DNA of 64,000 nucleotides from positions 5,426,476 through 5,490,475 of the forward strand of contig OZ316892.1 of assembly GCA_973895155.1 (NCBI GenBank). Direction: 5' to 3'. Both the position numbers and the translations under genes were made by a program. The notes beneath the pieces were generated by a model, which worked only from the letters and a program-made list of their open reading frames with translations, ran no database searches and was not told the DNA's origin. Below are positions 13,636 through 26,016 of this stretch, in pieces. The number at the start of each line of letters is the position of its first letter. Position 1 is the stretch's first letter. This stretch comes from Marsupella aquatica. Lineage: Eukaryota; Plantae; Marchantiophyta.

Positions 13636-15796
13636 AAATCTCATTTTGAATCCAATCAACGGGTTTGATCCAGAAGCCAACTAGAAGTAAATAAGGCCAA
13701 GGTGTAAGATCATCCCAAATGACAGTTTCTTCGAGATCCTAAAACTTCCGTTAAAATCTGTCGTTGGATCTGCAAAGCGAAGTAGTTTAGAAGCGTGTTG
13801 ATCTGCTACAAACTTATCCCAGGGTTAAGAATTGGATTTGCTCCGAATCAGTAGATTTACTGGGATGCAGAATGGATATGCACCATGGATGCTGGAGATG
13901 CTGCCGGCTCAGATTGCTTATGCGAGCCCAGCATGTCCGATCGACGACACGGATAGAATTGTACAGTTTCATTAGGATGGAAGAGTTCAAGATTTGAAAA
14001 TAATTCTGAAAATTGGAGGTACATATCTGGAACCAACAAGAATGAAAGGATTGCCAAGATTCTGCTGGCTGTGAATTTTCGTGTACTTTGTAATTATCAG
14101 TAAAGTAGGTGGGTCGAATCAATGAAGGAATCATATTCCTATTTACAAAAGATTGCTTTCTGGTTAATCGCATCTTGTGATCGAGTAAGCAAGATAAAGA
14201 AGGCTTTACTCTCAGCACTGAGCTGGCGAAGCCAGATCAGAAGGGAAATATCCATCTTATGAAAACAAAAGTACAAAAGTGGCTCTCACGAGAACAGTTT
14301 CGAATTAGGGATCTTCATGCCTTGCTTGCATTCATGGAATAATCTGATGGCTTGTTTCAAGTGATTTTGAATCTTGAGAACGTCGTCTAAAGTGTCTGGT
14401 TGTATCACTTCATTGAGTGTAAGTAAGGATGTCAAAATTTATCGTAGAGCATTCCTAGCTTAGAAGATGGGTGACCGCAGGCACTTTGAAAACGTTGGAA
14501 GGTATTTATGGGGTACCAGCTGCCGTCCAGGTATTAGTAGTGGAAGGGAGTTGTTGGCAGAGCATTGTGTCTATTTGTATCATTGCTGAGGAAGGGACGA
14601 AATGGATCTTTGCCTACTCTTAAGGGCCAGCTAGTTGTTAGACCTGAGCTGGTTCCTATCTCCCTAAGAAGCGGAACGATTTCTCTGGGACAATAGAATC
14701 ATTGGGCAGATCAACCATAGAGGTCTGTCTCTCATAAACTGTGGAACACAATGTGTTATAATGGTGTCTGGACAAGGTCAAGAGTGGGTTTCAGAATCTT
14801 TTACAGCTCTACCCTTCTTAGGAAGTCCGCTGGGTTCAGAAAAGTTCCTACTTCTCAAGAATTTCTACTTTGGCTTCAACTCACTTTCTGTGCACACCCG
14901 GTAAAGGTTGCATAAGTAGAGGGATCTTCCATGCACTGTTAGCAAAGCTTCGCGGAACGTTCTGCCCTTTTGCAACAGGTTGCGCTTGGCAGCTAGACGG
15001 AGAATATGTGCTGTCCCCACAGAATATTTACAATAAGAATAATCTTGTGAGCGACCTAGATACCTTTGGGTACAAAATCTCGTACTTTCTTGTAAAGGGA
15101 ACTATGGCAAAATAGTCGTTCTCATGAATCCTGTTCACATCTTCAAGTTCTGTTTAAGATATCTATAACTTGCTTCTGCCCCTGGAAGTTAGAGACTTCA
15201 GTCTCGGAAGAACATACCCAACTTGACACAGCCAAACGAACACAGGAATTCAATGGAAAGACATTTTACATCAGTCATACAGATTCGAATCGCCCATTTC
15301 CATTTTAGTAACTTACATATTGGGCGACTACAGTTGTCCCCGCCATCTGGGTTCCATCCCTGCCTACGATACTAGAAACCTTCCTGACTTGCGGAAAATT
15401 AACCCTTCCAAACATAGCGGCTTTCCAGTCCCATAAGCGAATCACTATTTCTGAGACCAGTTACAAACTTTCCAAGAATCTTCCCGGAAATGTGCATATT
15501 CTTAAAAGCTGGACTATCATACCGCTATCTAATCCATTCCAATTTTGCCGAGAAAAACAATATCAGGGAGAAACAGAGACCAACTTTACAAATTCAGCTG
15601 CTCAATACACTAATTCAGTAACAACTAAATGGCCTTCGATAGAATTCACTGACCCAGAATTCAGTAAATGGCCCAGAATATCGTAGGCAGGGATGGAACC
15701 CAGATGTTGGATTGACCAGACAAATTCACGTAAATTGGCCTTCGATAGAATTCACTGACCCAGAAGGCCAATTGACAAATTTTGTCTGGTCAATCT

Positions 15797-16795
15797 TCAG
15801 TAAATTTCGTCGTCGGAAATTTCAGGGTTCAAGAACTTGAGAGGGTCATCAATGATATTCACTGACCTCGGTTTCACCCTTTCGACATTGGGAGCTAACG
15901 CAATGATCGAATCCTCATCAATAACTGAATCAATCAATCCATACTCGATAGCCTCGACGGGTGACATATACCTATCTCTATCCATATCCTTCGAAACCTG
16001 CTCAAAAGGCCGTCCAGTAATCTCGGAAACTATCCTCGTAATATTGTTCTTGTGATACATCACCTCCTTGGCCTGAATCTCAACATCTATGGCTTGGCCG
16101 CTGGCTCCCCCAAGAGGCTGATGCATCATAATCCTCGCATTAGGCATGGCAAACCTTTTCCCTTTGGAGCCGCCAGCCAACACTATGGCAGCAGTGGATG
16201 CCGCCAAACCAAAGGCCACGGTCGACACATTCGCCCTGCACAGCTGAATTGAGTCATAAATCCCCATCGCTGCGCTGATTGAGCCCCCCGGACAATTAAC
16301 GAACAGGCGGATATCCTTCGTTGGATCCACTGCGTCAAGGAGCAGAAGCTGGCTGATAATTGCGTCTGCCACGAAATCGTCCATCTGGTGGCCCAGAAAC
16401 ACGATCCTCTGCTTCAGCAAGAGCCCCATCACGTCGGCCTCAGCGCTCTTCTGCGCCATGGCCGGTGCCTGCGTCGCCACGGCACCACCCGCAGCACCAA
16501 AAAAGTCATTTCCAAACACATCTCCCAACCCTAACGACCCAGCAGCGGCCGAAGATGCAGAAGCACCAGCGGCCACAGCTCTCTCCATCTCCACTCGACG
16601 CCCAACACCGATTCCCGAGTAATTCCTCTTCTGCACGCCCCAACTTTGCAAGCAGCAGGCGCCATCTCCGAGCTGCAGAGAAGATTGCTTCCTTCTATGG
16701 GTATCGTTGCCATGCCTGCTACTCCGAGGGACGACTGCTGTTGCTGCTGCTGCTCGGGAGAGAGCATAACTAGTGCTGCTGCAGAGAGCAGCCAT
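15797..16795 (-). CDS. CLPP4: Plastid ATP-dependent Clp protease proteolytic subunit 4, intronless, 332 aa with transit peptide
   Basis: DVMGLLLKQRIVFLG, catalytic Ser (AASTA), His (MMHQPLGG), Asp (QAIDVEIQAKE). ClpP4-specific C-terminus KFLNPEISDDEIY. Ser/Ala/Arg-rich N-terminus starting MAALCSS at 16795. Confidence 0.93.
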   Translation of the reverse strand: MAALCSSTSYALSRAAAATAVVPRSSRHGNDTHRRKQSSLQLGDGACCLQSWGVQKRNYSGIGVGRRVEMERAVAAGASASSAAAGSLGLGDVFGNDFFGAAGGAVATQAPAMAQKSAEADVMGLLLKQRIVFLGHQMDDFVADAIISQLLLLDAVDPTKDIRLFVNCPGGSISAAMGIYDSIQLCRANVSTVAFGLAASTAAIVLAGGSKGKRFAMPNARIMMHQPLGGASGQAIDVEIQAKEVMYHKNNITRIVSEITGRPFEQVSKDMDRDRYMSPVEAIEYGLIDSVIDEDSIIALAPNVERVKPRSVNIIDDPLKFLNPEISDDEIY

Positions 16796-16797
16796 GG

Positions 16798-17691
16798 TTG
16801 CAATTCCTAGAGTGGCGAGTCTCGAAGCGAATCGAGACGATCTGATGTGTGGGCGTGGGTGACCGACAGTGAAGCTCAACGAGGTGGTGATGGACGGATT
16901 GAGAGAGAGCAAGAGAGAGGAAAAACCCCACGACAGTACAGGACGATGTGGAATTGTTAAACCTTGGAAAGAAGTGCAAAAGTGACTATTGTGAAAAAGA
17001 CCCTACAAGTCAAGGGCCTCTCAAAGCTCCAAATTGATGGACCTTAACTTAACTAGGAGTTAAAGAATATATAGGATAAGGTCAGACAAAGCTTTGGACT
17101 ACTAAATTCATAATCCATTATTTATTTTTCCAAATAGATTGGTTATATGCCATGACCATGAGTCACTTGCAATTCTTAGAGTAGCGAGTCTCAAAGCGAA
17201 TCAAGACAATCTTATGTGGGTGACCGACAGTATCAACTAGGTGGGGTTGAATGGATTGAGAGAGAGCGAGAGAGGAAAAATCCCATGACAGTACATGTCT
17301 ATGTGGAATTGTTAAACCTTGGAAGGAAGTGCAAAAGTGACTATTGTGAAAAAGACCCTAGTAAAGTGCCTCTCAAAGCTTCAAATTGATGGACCTTTAA
17401 CTTAAGCCACCATTGGCATTATAAAATAAGGAGAAGTGTCAAAGACTTCTTACTTTTTCACTTTCTCCTCTAATGTGAGATTTTGCTCCACAATTTCAGG
17501 AAAAAGTACTAAAAATGGTGCATTTGGTGTAACCAGGTTATGCTCTTTAACTCACTTTGCTTCAAATTGATGGACCTTAACTTAACTCGGAGTAAGGAAT
17601 AGAATAAGGTCAGACAAAGCTTTGGACTACTGAATTCATAATCCATAATTTTTTTCCATAAAGATTGGTTACATGCCATGACCATAAATCA
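16798..17691. repeat. Tandem duplication of the ClpP4 5'UTR/promoter (~370-bp unit)
   Basis: 16798-17166 is repeated at 17167-17405 and continues at ~17560-17691 after a short intervening segment. Confidence 0.85.
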
Positions 17692-17976
17692 CTGGAGAGG
17701 CTCGTAACAAAAAGAACAAAAATTCATAATCCATAACTGTAACTATTTAAATTTCCATAAAGATTGATCATACGTCGTGACCATAAGTAGTTGTAGAGAC
17801 TTGTGACAGAAGAACTATAAAACCTTTTACATACCCCTCTGAAATAATAGTTATGGCTATAAGCCATCATCAGCAATTTTGAAGCTTTGAGATCCGAGTT
17901 GAAGATGCCCTACTAACACCTTAATCCACTTCTTTTTTCTTTTTTTTGCAAGAAAGGCTCAATTTGATAACACTTT

Positions 17977-20107
17977 CCTTGGAATGGTAGCCATAAATAA
18001 ATCATTTCAGTTCCCCCGTGAAAAGCCCCACGGGGAGGGCGCACAAACAGACCAGGTTTCCCGGGAGGCAGCCAAGAAAGAACAGAGGGCCAAACCTCAA
18101 AAAACCAACCCAAATCCACCTAAGGCAAGGAATTACTCTCCCCGGAGACACCTACCAGCAACCCAAACCCACACCACACAAACTCACAACCAGCTTGAGG
18201 GCATCAGTGCCCCCAGAACCAAACATCCATTGGTCTCAACGTTCAAACATCACTGCAAAATCAAAGTCACCCAGCGGAAGTGAAACTGATCCCCCCGCTG
18301 CCAAGCCAGCTCCTGCGAAGCCCATCGATACATGATTTGGCGCGCAGCAGGCGAGTGCACTTCTTGCCCGGGGGGCAACGCCGACCAGCAGCGAATAAGT
18401 TTTCCACTGCCTCTGACAGTACAAGTCCCAGGTCAAACACACGTCTCCCCCCCGTCTGAAACATGTGAGTGTTTCTCCCAATCCAGAGCCTCCAGAGAAT
18501 CTGGTGCAAGACAAACAGTTGCGCCACTCGGATCGGCTCCCTCCCACAGGCTGCATCTAAAAGGGCCATCAGCCCTTGTCCAATTGGCATATCCAGCGCA
18601 CTCAACGAGGTCAAACAGAGACGCCAGCAACAGACAGCATGTGCACATTGGAAAAAAAGGTGAGGGATGGTTTCCAGCCGTCCGCTGCACAACTTGCAGT
18701 CACCATTGCTCACCTCTAATCTAAGTGCACGGGCCCCAGTGAACAAGCCCCCCACAATGATCCTCCATATAAAGGTCTTGCCTCTGGTTGGTAAATCCGA
18801 TCTCCACAGTCTGGACCAGCTCTCATTCCATCCTCTCTCCTCTCGGGTAAGAGACCAGATCCTATTCAGGCGTTCGTGATTTGAGGTCTTGGGCCGCAAG
18901 AAGTCATACACTCTGCAGTTCTGAATTCTGAAATCCTTCAATGGTTCAGGTCTATCTGTCCACCTCCACTGTTTGGCATACAGGAAGTACTCTGACCGGC
19001 AGTGTGAAGCGCTCCATATACTTTCCAAGAACTTCCGTGCAAGCAATCGATGCTCTGCAGAGAATCCACGCATGTTGCTCCATCTAAGCGGGAGGTCCTT
19101 CCAACATCCTTCCTCCGCCGACCAACCATCACCAATCGATCTCATTCCCAGCCGGCCACAGATTGTTGCAATGTCCGTAATGGCCGAATTAGGAAGAGAA
19201 TGAAAGCCCACCATACATCTGAGTGTGTCAGTGATGCTCCACCGGGCAGGCGGCCCCCCCCGGCCAGGCTCAAAGGATAGATGGGCTCTCACTAGCTCCC
19301 AGCATCGCCAGAGACCCGTAGTGTAGGGGAGCCCACTAAAGGAACGAGGTGTACATAAAAGCAACTGGTCCTGGAAGGAGTATCCATTTCTCCTAATAAC
19401 CTTGTAGTTCATCCACCCCAACAATCCCAGATTGGCCGCCAACATCTTGGACCATTCCAGTTCTGGCGAGTTCAGTGCCTTAGTGAACCATTGAGAGAGC
19501 AAGGCATCAGAGTGGCTGCGGAAATCCCGAAATCCCAATCCCCCCTCCACTCGTGGCAGTGCCATCCTGTCCCAAGCCACCAACGGGACCTTCTTCCCTC
19601 TTGAGTCATTGTATCCCCATAGAAACTCTCTACTGAGAGCAATAAGCTTCTTGGCTAGACCAGCAGACGCCTTGCAATACATAACATGGTAGATCGGAAT
19701 AGCAAGCAGCACCTGTTTAACTAGTAATGATCGGCCAGTAAAGGAAAGCAACTTGTTGGACCAAACAGCAAGCCTGGCACAAATTTTGTTGAGGCAGAAT
19801 TTGTGCAGTTGCTCCGTGCTCAAGCCCACCCCAAATGGTGCACCAAGATATTTTTGCATCTCCCCCCTTTGACTGATATGGCAGCCCGTGTTATTCAGCC
19901 AAACAGGGACCTCCTCCATAGCCAATGGAATCACAACTGATTTCTTCAAATTCAGTCGAGCACCGCTAGCCTTCTCATAACAGTCCAGAGCAGTTGTTGC
20001 TTCCTCAAAAGCATTCTCAGTTGCAGGGATAAACATCCCCACATCATCCGCAAACAACCTGTAGCAAATAGTGAGATCAAGCGAGATCTGCAAGCCACAC
20101 AGTCTAC
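17977..20107 (-). mobile_element. 5'-truncated L1-like LINE (RT C-terminal half + zf-RVT), ORF 18267-20093
   Basis: RLFADD, YLGAPFG, GGLGFRD, CKLC...ETIPHLFFQC, WRLWIGRN. The ORF is uninterrupted. Perfect 17-bp TSD caatttgataacacttt at 17960-17976 and 20108-20124. Confidence 0.92.
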
Positions 20108-20350
20108 CAATTTGATAACACTTTAATCCACTTTTTTGATTTTGTGAAAACTGCCCAATTCACTAACACCTTAGTCCAGTTATTTCTTGATTTTGTAACA
20201 AAAGCCCCAATTTACTAACATCTTAATCCAGCTTTTTGAAAAAGGCCCACTTTACTAACACAATAATTAATCCAGTTTTTGATTTTTTGAAAAAGGCCCA
20301 ATTTACTAACCTCCCAATCCAGTTTTTTGATGATTTGAAAAATGTCTAAT
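20108..20350. repeat. Degenerate ~45-55 bp tandem array (ccaatttactaacaccttaatccagttttttgatttt...)
   Basis: About five units here, plus further units at 17911-17976 and 25541-25575, separated by the LINE and by the 20351-25540 insertion. Confidence 0.75.
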
Positions 20351-21043
20351 TGTAAGAAACCATTAGCTCCAAACTAGACAACAATGCAGAACATGAGAGC
20401 ACTCCTCGGAGCACTCGATCTCACACTATGACACTGGGCAGTGTGTCACTTGACATGATGCAAACGTCAGATTAGGACGTATACTATCATTAGGACCATA
20501 TTTGTATAGTTAGGATGTTTTGAAAAGTCATTTTTGCAATTATGTTTAGACTAGGAATGTGTTAGTCAACCTAATGTGTACTGAATACAATGTGCAGTAT
20601 TACAATCGTCCGCGGTACGATGGCGGCGACGGAGTCAAAGTTTATTGTAGCAGATCACACTTGGACTGAGACAGTCGACTGCAATTAAATGGAGGCGGCT
20701 AATGGCCTTCGAAACCCTCGCGCCCGAGCTTGCCCAAGAGCCCCCATAAAAGCACGAGTCAATGGCACGGTGACCCATTTGCCACTTTGCGCCTCGTAGA
20801 TCACTTGGATGTCGTCAGGTCGCTCTCGTAGTAGCCATCCTTGGTCGAAGCTCACTTTTATCAAAGGAAATCGGAAGTTGCGGGTGTATGGTGGCAAGAT
20901 TTAGTCAGAGTCGGTGCTTTCTTCACGGATGAAGCTAGGGCTTTCTTCCAAAGGGAGCTAGGGAAGCAGACTCGACCAGAGGACTGTGAAGGTTAGTATG
21001 ACCGTCATCGCTCTTGAATTCTGGACCTTGTTTGGCGAGGTAG

Positions 21044-21340
21044 CTCACGGGTCTCACTATATGGATGCCTCCCCATCACCTGTGACGTTTTTAGGCCTCG
21101 GACCCCCTAAAATGTAAGAAAAAAACATTATTTTTCAACCCCTATAAATTTGGAATATTCTTGGAATATTTTTAAAATTGGTTATAAGGACCCTAATATT
21201 CTTATAAGTCTCAAAATTTGATTTAAAAAACCCTATTGTTCTTCTGAGAAAATTACTAAGTCTTCCCTTTGAACCAATAAAATGACCCGTATACTTCGTC
21301 GCACGTGATGTGCCATTTTTTTGAAAGTGAAACCCCCGAG
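21044..21340. mobile_element. MITE family B, 8-bp TSD
   Basis: ctcacggg...acccccgag, flanks cgaggtag/caaggtag. Inverted relative at 27448-27712. Confidence 0.85.
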
Positions 21341-23759
21341 CAAGGTAGGCGCTAAGCTCTCAGAGACCTATTGGTACTCCTGCCCCAAGAAGGCCTCCTT
21401 CAAACGATGATACGCCAAGTTGGTGACCAAGGTAGCGCAGATTAACTACGACAAGGCAGCCCTTACCAAGGACTCAAACTACAATGACTTGCGGGACTAC
21501 ATTACCGAGCTGTACATCAACAAGGAAGGATTCAGATTGGTAGCTGAGGCGATCCTCGTGGTCCCCGCAGAATTCTTTAATTAAGCTAAAGGGTGGCCGC
21601 AAGCTGACTTAGGCAGAATTTGATAAGATTCTTGGTTATATTGTCAACAGATTGCGGCCGAAAAGCAAGTAGAAGACATCAACAGGCAACAAGAAGCAAC
21701 TCGCAATCTAACGTTCCTCGGAGAAAGCTCTAACTCCTTCAACTGGGAAATGTCTACTCCTCCGGTGCCTGCTGCCACTCGGCCTATAGACATCCCGGCC
21801 AAACGAGCCAGGCCGAGGTCTCTCCGATGGACAACACCAAATGTTTGTCAAGCTTTGGGGGACAGGTTAGTCCGCAGCTGGAGCAACTTTCATGGAAGCG
21901 GGCTAGGACAACGCCAGGTCCAGATCCGACTACGCAAACTAACCCCGCCCCCGCACCAACTCTGGCCCCGGCCAACCCACCAGCCAACACCGAGTCCTCA
22001 AGGACCCCCGACTACCGGCAGTTAAACCTACTACAGGTTATCCGCGTCCCAGACGTAGTCTAGTCCGCTATCAAGAACCCATCACACGTGGACTATCTCA
22101 AGGAGCATCAGTTGGAGCAATTCGCTCATCTGAACTGGAGGCTTACCACCTTCGGGGCAAGGGAGGTGTATAAGTTCATCTCCAATTTTGATATTGACAC
22201 ACCCGCCATTGAGGTAGCGGGCAGACCTTGTCACTTATGGAGTACGGATGGACCTAGATCTTTTATCTGCCAACCGGGCCGGTATCGGATGAACTCCGGA
22301 TCCGAGATAGTTGGAGTACATGCCCAAGTACTTCAAGCCAGAGGGCAAGACGGACAACGGGTACAAAAACGGCTTGTGTACCAACCTAACCTGTATGGAG
22401 TGGCTAAACTTCATACAGACTACCCTGCACATGATCAAACCCCGGTCCAAGATTTTCCTCTATACGATTGTGGAGGTGGAGCAGTGCAAGCGGCGGAACT
22501 GGGCCCGATTCTTGAGCCGCCGGTTTTTGGGAGAGCTCAAGCAAGCTCAGACGGGCATGCCTATCGGGGGAAGGACGTACCTAGGGAGTCACATCACAAT
22601 CATCCTAGCTTGGTACAAACAGCGGCGTGAGACTAGAGGGAAGAATAATTATGCCACCTCGGCCCCAATCAACGCCGCCACCACCCCTGGATGTACTACA
22701 CCAAGTGCCCCAACTACCATGGCTCGGGTAAACCCCAACCCCGCCGCTCCGCAAACTACCCCTCCGCCCTTTACTCCGTTTGGCACCATTATGAATAATG
22801 GGCCGCCCCCACCATCCCCTATCATCAAACCCCCGGTGCCCCAGATGCAACCACCCCCGAGTCCACCACCACCACCTGAGGAACCCATTCCTTCCCCAGT
22901 GCGGACTACAGAGGAGGTCGTCCCCCCAATCGTGGACGTACCCTTACCCAAGAGAATGGAGGATAATTACCGAGTAGTTTCGGGGACCTTGGCCCACAAT
23001 CTGATCCAAAAGTTTAGCCAGGACCTATCAGGGGAACTAGCGACATACATCGGGCAACAAGTCGCCTAGTACTTCCAACCTACCTTCTTCATCATGTTAG
23101 ATCACCAACTTACCGCGGATCGTAACCTGCTTGGAGGATGAACTTATGGCCAAGGGAAATGAGATTGAGGACCTCCAATTGACTGTGGAGTGACTAGGGG
23201 AGGCAGCCACAACTCGCGAAGAGGAGTTAGTCCGCGTCACCCAACAACAGGACAGACTAAACCAGGAGCTGCTTAAGGCTCAAGCTGACCTTACAGGACT
23301 CGAAGCCATGCACCGTGCTTTAGCTTCAAGCCGAGTCCTCAGCTTGGGTTAATAGCCTGATTGACCTGACAACCAGTTTGTTCAGGCTGCCTAGCAGGTC
23401 AACGTTATCACCGTCGATCGGGATAAGCGATTGGCCCAAAACCAGGCTGACCTTAAGACAATCGGCCAGCTCAACTTGGAGGTAACACGGCTCCAGGCGG
23501 AGGTCGACAAAGTCTCCAATGAAGCGGAGGAAGCGGTGCGGGATAACAAATCCCTACAAGAGCGGATTACGCTGCTGGTAAGCCAGCGGAGCAGGGTGGG
23601 AAATGCCTCTGATCAAGGCGGCTCAAGGCCCCTGCCTGACAAGGGGACAAACCCTGGACTGACAACGTGACGCGCGGGAGGGGTGGTTAGCGATGGGGGC
23701 AATCATGCGGCTGTGCAGTGCAACCAGCGGACTAGGGTATCTTTTTGAGTTAACCATAG

Positions 23760-24087
23760 TTTGGGGGGGTCACTTCCACGGAAGTGACACATCACGTGCG
23801 ACAAAGTATAGGGCCATTTAAATGGGTGTGGCGAAAGACTTCCAAAGTTTGGTGGAAGAACACATAGGGCATGTTTTATTGATTGGTCGACTTTAAAGAA
23901 CACATAGGCCTATTTAATTGCAAAAAATACTTTATGTAAAGGTTTTAGGGGTTTTTTAATAAAAAATGACAAAATTTAAAGAAAGAAAGGGCTTTGCAAA
24001 AAAATATTTTTCACTTAAAAAATAGGGGGGTCAAACCCTAAAACGTTGCACGCGATGTATGGCCCTCCATATAGTGACCCCCCCGAG
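23760..24087. mobile_element. MITE family B-related, 8-bp TSD
   Basis: tttggggggg...cccccccgag, perfect TSD aaccatag. Confidence 0.85.
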
Positions 24088-24902
24088 AACCATAGTGATA
24101 GAATAGCTGTTGTTAGGCGCCAATTAGCGGTGTGGTAGGCAAGATTACGACAAAGTTAGTTAGGATCATCTAGCGTAGGATAGGCGACAATGAACGGGCT
24201 AAGACGACTGGCAATAGGACTTAGATGTTAGCACCGCGGTCAACGACCCTTGCCATTGACAGTCAACAAGACAGTGGGCAAGTGGTCAACCGCGTCAGTT
24301 AGTAGTTAGTCAAGTAGGCCTTGGCCGAGGGAGGTAGCATCTCCCCGGAAAGTAGTATTTAGGCTCCCGCCTCCGCTAGTGTGGGGGAGAGGCTGGTGGC
24401 TTATTTCAGTTAGGAAAAGCATGGCGCACAGGGAGTCCCGTCCTGAGTAGGATCGGAGAGCACTAAGAAGTGAGAGCCAGAGTCGACCTTGCTGGGCAAG
24501 TGCGAGACAAGGTCTCGTAGAGACTGGACACTGACTGTTGTTAGGCCTGCCGATCACTAAGAAGTCGTGCAACTCAACTGTGTAAATGGTTCTTCTTATT
24601 TGAGTAAACCTTGTCTTTCCCCCAATCTTTGCGAGTAGTTTGTGTTGCATGTATGCCTTGCCTTGACAAAGGCGCCATTCAAGGGACGTACCAGGTACGG
24701 ACTAATGGTTGGGATTGTCAGGAAGTGTATGCTGCAAGTTCTGGTCGTGGTGATGGCTTGAAAGTCCCCAAGTCTGGAGTTAGTCCGAGTCACTGACTAT
24801 GGGATCCTTCCAGCGGTGGAAACCAAATATACCTATGATGTCTGTGTTGGTTGTGTAATATTATACCAGTACCTATATATATATAGTCTAACGTAGACTA
24901 AT

Positions 24903-25208
24903 CTCGGGGGCCTCAATCCAAGGGGTGTCCCATATCACGCTTGAAGTTTTGGGGGAATAAACACCCTAAAAGTTAAGTCAATAAAGTTTTTTTAAGGAAT
25001 TTTTTACCCCTAACTTAATGGAAAATTCCAAGAATATTTCCATATTTGATTTAAAAAAACCCTATGATTCTTATAATTCTCAAAATTGGATTAAAATAAC
25101 CCTAATGTTCTTCAACAAAAATTTAAAAGTATTTCACTAAACCCAATAAAAAAACCCTATACTTATTCACGTGTGATGGGTCGGAAGAAAAGAAGTGAGG
25201 ACCCCGGG
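24903..25208. mobile_element. MITE family C, 8-bp TSD
   Basis: ctcggggg...accccggg, perfect TSD agactaat. Near-identical copy at 39624-39909. Confidence 0.88.
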
Positions 25209-25731
25209 AGACTAATTAACCTGGCCACTACACCCCTCTTTGCCCAAAACCTCACCTTTACTAGAGGTCGTGCGCGCGCCAACAAGTTAACCCGGATTTA
25301 AGGCCTGGGCTGGTGGCGCAACACACACTACATCAACAAGACACCACGATGGAGAAACTCTTGAAGGATCCATAGCTTATGAGAAAGTACATGTGAAAAA
25401 TGAGGGAGAGAATGTTCTCCGTCCAACCTATACCCCCCGAGGGGCGAGATGTGTGGGCCTAATCTAAGCGAATCTTATCCTAATGTAATCCAAGTGTAAC
25501 CCTAGTAAGGCCTAACTAACTAGAAGCTGGGATTTCTTAAACTAACACCTTAGTCAAATTTTTTGATTTTGTGAAGCTATTGTTTGACAAAAGAGTTGGG
25601 ACTATGCATTCTCGCGTGAAATTGAAACTGTGGTCTAGACCTTCCGGTTCATGCAACTCAAGATTTTTTCCATTACCACTTGCGTCCAGTACTCCTTTCA
25701 AACTGCCTTCAGTTGTTCTTCTTGCCATAGC

Positions 25732-26016
25732 CTCAGGGGTTGACTATCAGAAATCTTAAGAACCACGTGCGATCCAAAATAAGTATTTTTCATAAAAATT
25801 AGCTAAATTTTTTAAAAGCGTAGGAAGCAAAAGATGGTATTATAAATCCAAATTTGTAAAATATTCTCTAATATATGCCTTTTATAAAGTAAAATAGGTC
25901 ATTAATATTGAAATAGAGAATACTTTTGGAATATTCCCATTATAAATTAGGTGTGTTTATATTAGGCTAGGATCGCACGTGGTACCCCAAAATATACACT
26001 AAGTTAACCCCCCGAG
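25732..26016. mobile_element. MITE family A (inverted copy of 4648-4935)
   Basis: ctcagggg...ccccccgag, flanks gccatagc/gccacaac (2 transitions). Confidence 0.85.

Larger units (their letters stand above)
20351..25540 (+). mobile_element. Degenerate LTR-retroelement-like insertion with Pro-rich/coiled-coil ORF remnants and three nested MITEs
   Basis: Starts tgtaagaaacc and ends gggatttcttaa (imperfect inverted termini). Removing it rejoins a tandem-repeat unit. Broken ORFs at 22088-23670. Purine tract then TG at ~25440-25451. No RT/IN motifs recognised. Confidence 0.5.

Noticed and set aside
16796-16912. N-terminal extension of ClpP4 in the ORF track (371 aa)
   Set aside because: It starts at a non-ATG codon. 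The first ATG (16795) gives a typical transit peptide, and the extension lies in the duplicated UTR.
17931-17947. T-run as the LINE poly(A) tail
   Set aside because: It lies outside the 17-bp TSD and belongs to the host tandem-repeat unit.
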